From: Heterodontus francisci
Taxonomy: Eukaryota
Length of the DNA: 64,000 nt
Assembly (NCBI RefSeq): GCF_036365525.1
Contig: NC_090412.1
Span: forward strand, 6,924,123 to 6,988,122
Reading direction: 5' to 3'
The notes under the pieces were generated by a model, which worked only from the letters and a program-made list of their open reading frames with translations, was not told the DNA's origin and searched no databases. Positions 11,135 to 21,596 of the stretch are shown here, one piece after another (the first letter of the stretch is position 1; every line of letters begins with the position of its first letter). Made by a program: the position numbers and the translations under genes.

Positions 11135-11825
11135 TAACACAGAATTGAGGAAATAACTAAATTAGTAGACAGGGTAATGTCTATGCATGTAGTTTATGTG
11201 GACTTCCAGAAGGCATTTGATAAAGTTCCACATAAAAGGCTGTTAGCCAAAATTAAAGCTCTGAGAATTGAAGGTGGTTTCTGACCTGTTTAGGAGATTG
11301 AAAGGGGAGATAGAGAGTGAGTTTCTGCTGGTTGGAGAGTCTAGGACAAGGGGACATAACCTTAAAATCTGATTCAGGAGAGAAGTTAGGAAACATTTTG
11401 TCATACAAAGGATGGTAGAGGTGTGGAGCACTCCCATGAAATGCCGTAGATGCTAATTTAGTTAATTTTAAATATGAGATCAATAGGCCTTTGCTAACCA
11501 AAGGGTAGTCAGGGATACGGAGCCAAGCCAGCTGGATCATAGGAAATAAGAGCAGGAATTGGCCATTCGGTCCATCGAGCCCGCTCTGCTATTCAAATAG
11601 ATTATGACTGATCATCTACCTCTACGCCGTTTTTCCCCACTATCCCCATATTCCTTGATCTCCGTAATATCCAGAAATCTATTGATTTCTGTCTTGAACA
11701 TGCTCAATGATTGAACTTCCACAGCCCTCTCTCGAGTTGGAATACAGATCAGCCATGGTCTCAATGAATGATGGAACATGTTCGAGGGGCTGAACAGCCT
11801 CCTTCTGTTCCTCTGTGATAACCTT
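11135..11825. mobile_element. Old CR1 fragments: + strand pieces with a nested - strand 3' end (about 11535-11735)
   Basis: GTAGTTTATGTGGACTTCCAGAAGGCATTTGATAAAGTTCCACAT (VYxDFQKAFDKVPH) and CR1 3' UTR motifs on both strands. Confidence 0.65.
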
Positions 11826-11905
11826 GCACAAGCATTCAATTTTAAAGGAATCTTCTGTGATTTGAATTTGTCTTTTTCCTGGTGCAGGTGTGTCCCGATT
11901 CAGCA

Positions 11906-11963
11906 ATGTCAGGCTTTTTCGAGTGGCTGTACAATGGCTTCACCAGCATGCTGCAGTTCCTGG
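11906..11963 (+). CDS. SAR1A: Small GTPase SAR1A (COPII), coding exon 1: MSGFFEWLYNGFTSMLQFLG
   Basis: Acceptor tttttcctggtgcAG (exon starts 11888), ATG 11906, donor GTAAGT 11964; 58 nt; amphipathic N-terminal helix with the FEW..NG pattern of SAR1A. Confidence 0.96.
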
Positions 11964-12619
11964 GTAAGTGGCTCCGAGCCACATGCTGTATTGTTTTTCC
12001 GCATTATTCCCTTCCCCTGTCTTTGGTGACTGCAGACAATGGAGGGAAGCAATGCTAAAGCCATCTCATGGTTCCGCTATTCCAATCCTAATCTGACTCT
12101 GGAGTACAGGAGTGCGAGACTCTATTGGAAAGGGCGCCACAAACTGCAGGGACATGGCACCGTGCGCAGTGTAACTCCAGTGTCGCGTTAACCAGATTGT
12201 AAAACGTGCTCGCACTGCCCGTTACACCTCACAGACACTTGATAAACTCAATATCTTGAGAAAGCTCCTTCCTGCACTCTCAAAACATTAGAAATGAATG
12301 GAGTAGTGGAGCTCTGCATGTTATGAGCTATCTCAACCATTAGTGTGGTTCATCGTTAAAGGTGAAACTCCAGACCTAGCAGCATTTGAATTGCAGTCTT
12401 GCAGCTACTGGGCCCCAGTGTAATTATAACATTAGGTGCTTTCTATCTTCTGTCTGTAATCAACTGATCAAGCTCTAAACTAGCAGCTATAGACATGGCT
12501 GTAGCTATATTACAGTCACGCTGAAGAGGAGGAGAATTGTCTCACTATAAGCATCACACATGCAGATTTATTTTAATATAGTTTGTTGATTGTTAATTGC
12601 TCTAAGGATCTGCCCAAGG

Positions 12620-13162
12620 ACTTAGAATATTGCGTGCAATTCTGGTCGCCACACTACCAGAAGGACGTGGAGGCTTTGGAGAGGGTACAGAAGAGGTTTA
12701 CCTGAATGTTGCCTAGTCTGAAGGGAATTAGTTATGAGGAGAGGTTGGACAAACTCGGATTGTTTTCACTGGAACGACGGAGGCGGAGGGGCGACATGAT
12801 AGAGGTTTACAAAGTTATGAGCGGCATGGACAGAGTGGATAGTCAGAAGCTTTTTCCCAGGGTGGAAGAGTCAGTTACTAGGGGACATAGGTTTAAGGTG
12901 AGGGGGGCAAAGTTTAGAGGGGATGTGCGAGGCAAGTTCTTTACACAGAGGGTGGTGAGTGCCTGGAACTTGTTGCCGGGGGAGGTGGTGGAAGCAGGTA
13001 CGATAGCGACGTTTAAGAGGCATCTTGACAAATACATGAATAGGATGGGAATAGAGGGATACGGACCCCGGAAGTGCCGAAGGTTTTAGTTTAGGCAGGC
13101 ATCAAGATCGGCGCAGTCTTGGAGGGCCGAATGGCCTGTTCCTGTGCTGTACTGTTCTTTGT
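12620..13162 (+). mobile_element. Young 5'-truncated CR1 LINE
   Basis: ORF ...YEERLDKLGLFSLERRRRRGDMIEVYK...FFTQRVVSAWN (CR1 ORF2 C-terminus) plus 3' UTR. Confidence 0.9.
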
Positions 13163-13369
13163 TGACAGTTAGCCCCTAGTTCACTAGCAGTAAGATTCAG
13201 CAAATAAAACTTGTCTTTCAAGGGGCACAGCTGAATAATGCATTACATATTATGTGAGGTAGCTGTCTTGTCCTTGTGAAGCAACACATCCTCATGTCCT
13301 GCCGTGACCAGGGTGACAAGACTCTGCTAACATTGAAAAGTTTCTGTTGGATGCGAGGTTCATAATAAA

Positions 13370-13610
13370 AAAGACACATTTATTTAGCGCCGTCCATGAC
13401 CTCCCAAAGTGCTTTACCGCCAGTGAAGTACTTCTGAAGTGTCGTCACTGTTGTAATGCAATGAACTCAGAAGCCAATTTGTGCACAGCAAGCTCCCAGA
13501 AGAAGCAAAGTGATAATGATCAGATCATCTATTTTCAGTGATGTTGATCAAGGGATATATATTGGCCAGGACACCGGGGAGAACTCACCAGCTCTTCAAA
13601 ATAGTGTAAT
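13370..13610 (-). mobile_element. SacSINE1/DeuSINE-like 3' part
   Basis: Reverse complement matches 6270-6490. Confidence 0.65.
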
Positions 13611-13697
13611 GAGGTCAGCGTGCAAACTGGTTAAACCGAGAAACGTGCCTATCAAAAGCAAGTTGTAATGCGTATATTGTGGGGGTTTTTTTGCCAG

Positions 13698-13817
13698 GTT
13701 TATATAAGAAATCTGGAAAATTGGTCTTCCTGGGCTTGGATAATGCTGGCAAAACCACCCTACTGCACATGCTGAAAGATAACAGACTGGGGCAGCATGT
13801 TCCTACGTTACATCCCA
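13698..13817 (+). CDS. SAR1A: SAR1A coding exon 2 (P-loop GLDNAGKT)
   Basis: ccAG|GTTTATAT ... CATCCCA|GTAAGT; 120 nt; [39 protein letters not shown]. Confidence 0.98.
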
Positions 13818-15163
13818 GTAAGTACTTACAATTGAAACATGACACGGCTCGCTCTCAGCTAGTACCGGGGTTCTCTCTTTGCAAAACTGAGCACTCATTT
13901 TGCTGATGTAATGACTATATTCCTCACCTTCTCCCATCCCGCTGACGTCTTCAGTGGGTAAAGTCCACACAGCAAAGGACTGTAGCAGTGTTCAATCCTC
14001 ACCCTTTGAATCCTGCCCAAAAAGCCAAGGCTTAATTTGCACTTAAGTTTTCTTATTTAGTGGGTTGCCCTGCTGAATTTCCTTAGTCTGGAGATTTGCA
14101 AAGGGCTGGTCTTTGTACTATTGATTCATTGCTGTATAAATCCTAACTCAGAACAGGATTAGTTAATATCGGCAACTTGAGGTATATTTGAATTAATAGG
14201 AACACTGTACTTTTCCCAGGGCCCTGTGGTACGCAGCTAAGTGATCGGCAAAGACAGAAAGCTGTACACTTATAGTTCTGAGTCATACAGACCAGAAGGC
14301 CCCACGTTTGATTCTTGGTCAGTACTGATTTAGCTGATCAGGCGGGAAAACTTTTGCAATGTTGGTATCGGCCTCAAATATCCCAGGGCTGGGGTCGAGA
14401 AAAGAATTATCTAGGAATTCTGTTCCTGATGGTAACCTGTTGGAGAGGTTAGGATGCGGCTTGTGTGTGATCCTGTTCATGGTTGAACAGCTTGTTAAAA
14501 CTTTCTAGGATTGCGCAGAGAACAGCTGTGTGTGCAGGTTACCAGAGAGTTAAAATTCAGCACGTTCAGGAGGTGGGGAATGAGAGGAAATTTTTAAATG
14601 TAATTTAATTCATGAACGTTCAAGGCATAAAATACATAAATGTGTGTATGCGTATTTGTACATTTCTAAATTCCCTGTTTACATGAGCACTGTCCCTCCT
14701 TCCCCTTCTCATTGATCTCCTGCAGCTGTTCCCACAAATAAATGGAGAAAGCAAAATGCCCTTATAGTGCTGTGGTTATGCCTGAGATGTAGGTGTGGGG
14801 TTCCAGAGCTGCTGATACTCCATCGAGTGGTAGAGATGTGCTGCCACAGGTGTGACTTTGTGCCGCAGTATGTGAAGCCTCAAGCTGCCCTTAGATGCAG
14901 CTTTACAAATAGCATGACTGAAATTCTATCTGCTCTCACAAAGTTCCTGCAGTGTCATGAGGTGAATGAACACCAGTTGATGAGTTGTGATTGAGCAATC
15001 AGTGCACATACAGTCGCAGACCCTGCTCACACTCGTGCAGACCATTGTGAGTTGCCCCTGGCTTTGTGTATGCATGAGAATACAGTTTTGGATTTGTTAG
15101 CTCATCACATTTGCACACAGGTCACTTGAATGGCTTCTAACTAGTCTCCCTTTATTGTCGTAG

Positions 15164-15229
15164 CATCAGAAGAGCTGACAATTGCGGGAATGACATTCAC
15201 TACATTTGACCTTGGAGGTCATGCACAAG
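15164..15229 (+). CDS. SAR1A: SAR1A coding exon 3 (switch II DLGGH)
   Basis: gtAG|CATCAGAA ... CACAAG|GTATGA; 66 nt; [22 protein letters not shown]; absent from the ORF track. Confidence 0.97.
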
Positions 15230-16219
15230 GTATGAAAAACAAAGCTTCTGCATATTTTCACGCAGAATATGTTATTTTTCAATCTGTGCTGATCAGAATC
15301 AGCATATTTGGTGTAACATGCCAGCTGGTTAAACTGGAAAATATGTCTATCTCAACCAAGCTATAATGCCTATACTGGTGCCCCCAGATTTAGGGGGATA
15401 AGCGATAATGAATCAAGATTCCTGCTTCTGATGACCATCCAACGACCCCGTCCTGGAAGTGCACATATACATGTGTGGTCTTTGGTGGAGAAAGGGTTAG
15501 GCTTGCCTTCAAACCTACTTTTTTGGCCACCCTTTTGGCCACCTTTGTTATATGTTTACTCCTTTGGCTCAGTGTCAATTTTTGTCTTGACTACACTCCC
15601 TGAAGTCCCTTCAGAGGTTTCACTATGTTAGAGGCGCTGTATTAAGTGCGAGTTGTTGTTGGCACTGTGGCCAGCCGACCTTCACTGCTCCCATGTTGAA
15701 ATTGGCCATTTGGATCAAGTCTGTGGGACTGTATCCCAAGAAAGAGCCTTTTCAAGGGGGGGAGGGGGGGTGGGGTGGGAGAAAGTTGGGAGGAGAGGGG
15801 CACGCTTCATTCAGGTTTTTCTTTTCATTCCTGTTCAAGCAGTTCTGAAAGCCTTACCACATCTCTCAAAAGATCTCATAAGACTTCACGTACAGTGAGT
15901 TACTCTCCCAGAGCACCTATCGCAACTGCCTTTTCCATTAATAGATTCTGACTGTCTAACCTGCAAAAATCTGCTCGCTGGTTTTCTACTGGATGCTCCC
16001 ATAAAGTGGGGCTGGCCTTCACTGCTCCTTCCAATTTCAAGGCATGTGAGTCATAAATTGAGAGAGTTTTATGCTATTTACATAAATTCAAGAATCTTCA
16101 TTTGGAAGATGAGAAAAAGCTGCATATGTTAGCAATCTGGTGGGTTTTTTCATACAACATGATCAAGGTTCCACACTTTCACTTCAAATGAAACAGTAAC
16201 ATTGATTGCTCTTAGTTTT

Positions 16220-16512
16220 TCATAGAGCTACATAGAAATCACAGCACAGAAACAGGCCATTTGGCCCAACTGGTCCATGCTGGTGTTTATGGTCCACACG
16301 AGCCTCCTTCCACCCCTCTTCCTCTTGCCCTATCTGTATATCCTTCTATTCCTTTATTCCCTCATGTGTTTATCTAGCTTCCTCTTAAATGCATCTATGC
16401 TATTTGCCTCAACTACTCCACGTGGAAGCGAGTTCCATATTCTAACCTCTCTCTGGGTAAAGAAGTTTCTCCTAAGTCCGTCACTGGATTTGTTAGTGAA
16501 TATATTGTATTT
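16220..16512 (-). mobile_element. Old CR1 3' fragment
   Basis: CATAGAAATCACAGCACAGAAACAGGCCATTTGGCCC...CTCTGGGTAAAGAAGTTTCTCCT. Confidence 0.7.
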
Positions 16513-16534
16513 AAATGATGCTGCTTATTTACAG

Positions 16535-16638
16535 CCCGACGAGTCTGGAAGAACTACCTCCCTGCCATTAATGGGATTGTTTTCCTGGTTGACTGTGCAG
16601 ACCATTCACGACTTGCTGAATCTAAAGTTGAACTTGAT
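16535..16638 (+). CDS. SAR1A: SAR1A coding exon 4
   Basis: ttacAG|CCCGACGA ... CTTGAT|GTAAGT; 104 nt; [35 protein letters not shown]. Confidence 0.97.
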
Positions 16639-17401
16639 GTAAGTGGAACAATGTTGAGGAATTCCTGGGGTGAGGAGGGTCCTCGCGCAGAAAAGTGAGG
16701 GTATGTTCCAAGGTGGCTTTGGATCTCAAATAATGAAAGTGGATTCCTCCCCTCTCTACCTCTGCCCAGAGTCTTGACGATTGCGCATTATAAATCAGGA
16801 AGGTGGAGTCTTTGGTTTCTGGTCTGTGCTCAGTTAGCTCAGTGCAGCCAGGGGGTGCGCAACACATTGCCTCAGTTCCTTTGGGTTCGGGATGCAAAAC
16901 AATTGGGCTACCTATCGCTGCTCAGCAGCTCAGAGTGCAGGTGGAGTTAAGATACAGATCAGCCAGGATCTCATTGAATGGCGGCGGAACAGGCTCAAGG
17001 GGCTGAATGGCCACCTCTTGTAACTATGTGTGAAAAGAGGCATGACTTAGCCGTACCCATTATGTATTTTCAAAAACTGCCGTAATGTTGTCCTCTGCTT
17101 CAGTGACAACGTCATGGCGAAGGGGGAAATGGAACAAAAAAAAATTACTGACCTAAATGCATTTAATATGGCTACACAAGAGTCTAGTTGTGACTGATAG
17201 CATATAGGAAATGAAGTGTTGCCAGTGATCAGGTCTGTTGCAAGTCATTGGGTGGTTTTTCCCCGTGACCCACTGCTGACAATTGTGTGTAATCTTATGT
17301 TTCAGTCACGGGCTGTTTATTAGTGCTTTTGCTTCCATTGAACAAATGTATGGCATGTTTTTGAAATAAAAACCTCTCACTTTCTCTTTCTTCCCCCGCA
17401 G

Positions 17402-17533
17402 GCATTAATGACAGACGAAACGATATCTAATGTTCCCGTTCTTATCCTGGGCAATAAAATCGACCGATCAGAGGCCATCAGTGAGGAGAAGCTTCGGGAA
17501 ATCTTCGGCTTGTACGGACAAACGACAGGAAAG
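17402..17533 (+). CDS. SAR1A: SAR1A coding exon 5 (NKxD motif)
   Basis: ccgcAG|GCATTAATG ... GGAAAG|GTGAGG; 132 nt; [44 protein letters not shown]. Confidence 0.98.
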
Positions 17534-18714
17534 GTGAGGAGTCACATTTGTAAAGCACCTGATCACTCGCTTCGCGTACAAGGAGTTACTTTTTGAAGCG
17601 AAACAATTCTTGCAGAGGCAAACCTGGCCATGTTGTGCATGGTGATGAATGACCTGTTAATCCAATATTTGTTGTTGGTTGGGGAGGAATATTGGCCAGA
17701 GCTCTCAGATGGTGCCTCAATTCAACAGCTCACCTGTAGGACTTCCTACAGTACTGCACTGGGGTAGCTGTCTATTTTCTAAAGAAATGAACTTGTTGAG
17801 TACATGACAATCAACAGAAAGTGGGGGTGTTAGCAGATAGAGCCTTCATTAGGATGTAATGACCTTTTAAAAGGGAATAATCAAAGGCACTAATTCTTGC
17901 TGCGGAATGGTTCCATGGGATTGGTACCATCTTCAAGTGGCCAGTCTGTGTGCGTGAGGCAGGAGTGAGAGTGTTGGCCGAATGTTCTAACAGGTAGTGG
18001 GGGTAGTCGGCAATCACAGCCAGTCCTGACTCAGCCTTCACCTCACACCCATTTGTCTGTATTTCTAGGGGCTGGACTCTGATCGGGAGAATTGTGGCTT
18101 TTTTTTTCATTGTTTTCTCCTGTAACCAATTGTGGTGGAGACCGACCGACTCAGCACAGACTGGCAATTGAACTTGGTAATTGCAAATCTTTGCGTACAT
18201 TGGTGAACCACTGGGAGAGCTAAATTTACTGCAATGAGTGAGTCAATCCCACAACAATTTGCAGTAAGTACGTAAGGGCTCCTGTAACAGCTGACTCTGC
18301 AGATCAGTCCGGAAGGTAAATGGAGGCAGAAGTGCAATAAAAGCAAAACTAGGTCAAACCTACCACAATAAAATGAGACCGTTTACTGGTTGTTCACTGA
18401 TGCTTTTAAAATTGCAAGATAAATCTGGTTAGAATGTTTAGCAACTTGAAGGTTATGCACTTCTGTCGATAGATTGTAGGTAGATCAAAGGGTATTCTTG
18501 TTTCGATCTTTCGTGTCCGATTTTTGAGAATTGTAATGCACTTTTCAAATCTTGCAAAGTAGGAGGCTTTGCGACGATGATAAGTGGGTGGATTTTGTTT
18601 GTAGGCCACATGTTTAGATACTTGGTTGTGGCTCAATGGGTAGCACTTTTGCCTCTAAGTCAGAAGGTTGAGGTTCCAGTCCCACTCCAGAGACTTGAGC
18701 ACAAAAAGTTTACG

Positions 18715-18850
18715 CTGAAGAAGGGTCACTGACCTGAAACGTTAACTCTGTTTCTCTCTCCACAGATGCTGCCAGACCTGCTGAGTATTTCCAGCATTTC
18801 TTGTTTTTATTTCAGATTTCCAGCATCCGCAGTATTTTGCTTTTATTTTT
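18715..18850 (+). mobile_element. Penelope-like element terminal fragment with hammerhead core
   Basis: CTGAAGA-A-GGGTC-ACT-GACCT-GAAAC-GTT-AACTCTG then ...GATGCTGCCAGACCTGCTGAGTATTTCCAGC; same family at 39818-39956. Confidence 0.65.
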
Positions 18851-18968
18851 GTGATTACAATGTGGCACGTTGACTCGGAAAATTTCCTTTGTAAATATGG
18901 ACATAGAAATTGATCATGGAAATATATAAATAAGGACAGAATCCATGACTCTAAACTGGGGTCTGAGG

Positions 18969-19271
18969 TAAAGGCCTGCTCGGGTCTGCAAATGAGACCA
19001 GACCCAAGCCCGACAGAACCCTGCCCGATCCCGACCCGTCCCTACCTTCCATTTTTCACTTTATTCCTTACCTGCACAAGCTTAAAATAACTATAACAAA
19101 ACCACCTTTAAATGCCAAAAAGTAAATCAACATTAGAGTCACTAACCTGAGGTTGTGATAGAGCGTGTCTGATCCAGCCCGGCCTGACCGAGCCCGAATG
19201 CCAGACCCGGAAGTGCGACCCGACCCAAGTAGTCAGGTCCCGCCGGGTTCGGGTCGGGTAGCAGGCCTTTA
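18969..19271. mobile_element. hAT-like MITE
   Basis: Perfect 12-bp TIR TAAAGGCCTGCT (18969-18980)/AGCAGGCCTTTA (19260-19271); CCCGA/TCGGG subterminal repeats; 8-bp TSD GTCTGAGG at 18961-18968 and 19608-19615. Confidence 0.85.
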
Positions 19272-19607
19272 TTTTTTTTTTATTTAGAGATACAGCACTG
19301 AAACAGGCCCTTCGGCCCACCGAGTCTGTGCCGACCATCAACCACCCATTTATACTAATCCTACATTAATCCCATATTCCTACCACATCCCCACAATTCC
19401 CCTACCACCTACCTATACTAGGGGCAATTTATAATGGCCAATTTACCTATCAACCTGCAAGTCTTTGGCTGTGGGAGGAAACCGGAGCACCCGGCGAAAA
19501 CCCGCACGGTCACAGGGAGAACTTGCAAACTCCACGCAGGCAGTACCCAGAATCGAACCCGGGTCGCTGGAGCTGTGAGGCTGCGGTGCTAACCACTGCG
19601 CCACTGT
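19272..19607 (-). mobile_element. Full-length HE1-like V-SINE
   Basis: Reverse complement of the 10136-10480 family, including tRNA head and A-rich tail. Confidence 0.9.
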
Positions 19608-20324
19608 GTCTGAGGTATGAGTCCATATCCTGATGCAATGATCCCTGCCTTCCAAACCTCTTACACTTGAAGACTATCCATATATAACAGCATGGAAGAT
19701 AGACTAGTAATTAATAAATGCTCTGCTTATAGAAAACATGGCCAGTACCCAGCAGTGAGTTTGTCATTCAGCCTTGAGCTCTGCTGACATTTGTAAGAGT
19801 TCCACTCTTGTAGCTTGACAGTGTCGCACTTGATTGAATCTCTGTCTTGCGACTCCACCTGCTCATCTGTTATCTGGAGGTAATTGATTGACACCCTCTG
19901 GTATGTGGTTTGTGTTAACAGTCATCTGAAAAGCTGAAATTGAATTAATTCATGTCCTCAACATCGTCGCACTGATTGTGTGTTGGGAGAGCGGGACCAC
20001 ACCATTCATTGAGTTCATTTTGAGCCCATTGTGAAGTATCATGTGTGAAAGCCAATGAGTCGCTCCAGTTCTGTAAAATGGTCTCTTTCAATTAATGATC
20101 TACTTAAAAGGCAAACCCAATCAGTGACTCATTCAGGCTTATAAATTACCTCAATTAAACCGTTAGACATCCTCAAAGCTGTTTTAAGATCGGTTATAAA
20201 TGTACATCACATTGATATTTGGTGGCACATGGCTAATACTGAAGCTGCTTCCCTTGTTCTGGGTGCCGATAGCTGTAATGCACTGTGGGGAGGCCAAAGC
20301 TTTCTCCATATTACAGCATTTTAG

Positions 20325-20560
20325 ATTTCCTTCGCTCCACCATTGATGGCTGTACCTTCAGCTGGCCAAGTCCTAAGCTCTGGAATTCCCTCCCTAAACC
20401 TCTCCCACTCTCTACCTCTCTTCTCATCTAAGTCACACCTTAAAACCTACCTCATTGACCAGACTTGTGACCTGGTGTCAAATTGTGTCTGATGACACTC
20501 GTGCGAAGCACCTTGGAACATTGTACTATGTTAAAGGTGCTCTATAAATGCAAGTTGTGG
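20325..20560 (+). mobile_element. L2 LINE 3' end
   Basis: CCACCATTGATGGCTGTACCTTCAGC...CTCTGGAATTCCCTCCCTAAACCTCTCC...CTATAAATGCAAGTTG. Confidence 0.6.
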
Positions 20561-21479
20561 TTGAACGACCACACTTCAGAAGTAATCCATTGGCTGTGTA
20601 GTGTTTTATTGCCTCCTGATAAGGCTCACTTTCTTCCTACCTGCTCCTGTCAGTGCTTTGAGTTCTTGCCATGGGTTGTGTTGTAAGGGAGAGGAGCAGA
20701 ACTGGACACTGTGCGACCTCCCCCTACCAAAGCCACTCTAGTGAATATCTTTGCAGTCGACTGACGCAAGCAATGGTGGAGGTCTGGAAAACTTGACTTG
20801 GAACTTGAGACCTCAAGAAGCCAAAGCAGTGAGGAAGGATTCAAATTCTGTTTAAATTATGCGGTGGTGAGCTTGAGTACAGGTAGGTCAGCCATCAGGT
20901 TATGTGATTAAAACAAAGCAATAGAAATCATTTGACCAGCAGGATTGGGGTGTGTCTTGGCAGAATTTCCAATTTGTCATCAAAATACTTAATTATACAT
21001 CATCTGATTTTGTAGATGCATGCTGTAAACTACACACAGATTTGCAAAGTTGCCAACGATGCACACAGGGTTCATTTAGGCTGGGTTTAGGCACATTTGC
21101 TGTAGGGTTGCCTTGACTGCTTAATTGCATATTAGGCTAGAAATTTAGGACGAGGCAGGGTAAGTGGAATTATATATAAAGGTTATTATGGTGTTTGATA
21201 CTGTAGCTCACTGTAGAGAGTGCACCCGTGCTCCTGGCCCAGTGACACACACTGTCTATTGTTCACTGTTTCTATCCAATACCAGCAACACATGAAACTG
21301 TATACATTAAAATCAAACTAATTGCATCCTGGAGAGCTGTGGTGACTGCTTTATGGCTGAAAAGTGGTCAGGGGGTTGTCATATTCATGAGTCACCTTGT
21401 GTATGAGTAATATGCTCTGTTACTGAAACTTGTCTTGCCTGCTTTGGGGATATTAAATTTCCTTGCTGGTCTGTTCCAG

Positions 21480-21596
21480 GGGACTGTGCCACTGAAGGAG
21501 TTGAACACCCGACCACTCGAGGTGTTTATGTGCAGTGTGCTGAAGCGCCAGGGTTATGGAGAAGGATTTCGCTGGCTTTCGCAATATATTGACTGA
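21480..21596 (+). CDS. SAR1A: SAR1A coding exon 6 (stop TGA)
   Basis: ttccAG|GGGACTGTG ... GACTGA; 117 nt; [38 protein letters not shown]; the six exons sum to 597 nt = 198 aa with consistent phases. Confidence 0.97.
   Translation, partial: GTVPLKELNTRPLEVFMCSVLKRQGYGEGFRWLSQYID

Noticed and set aside
14260-16930. Additional SINE-like remnants (about 14260-14580, 15330-15500, 16790-16930; also 34280-34580)
   Set aside because: Look like old repeats but are too degraded to assign family or boundaries without a search
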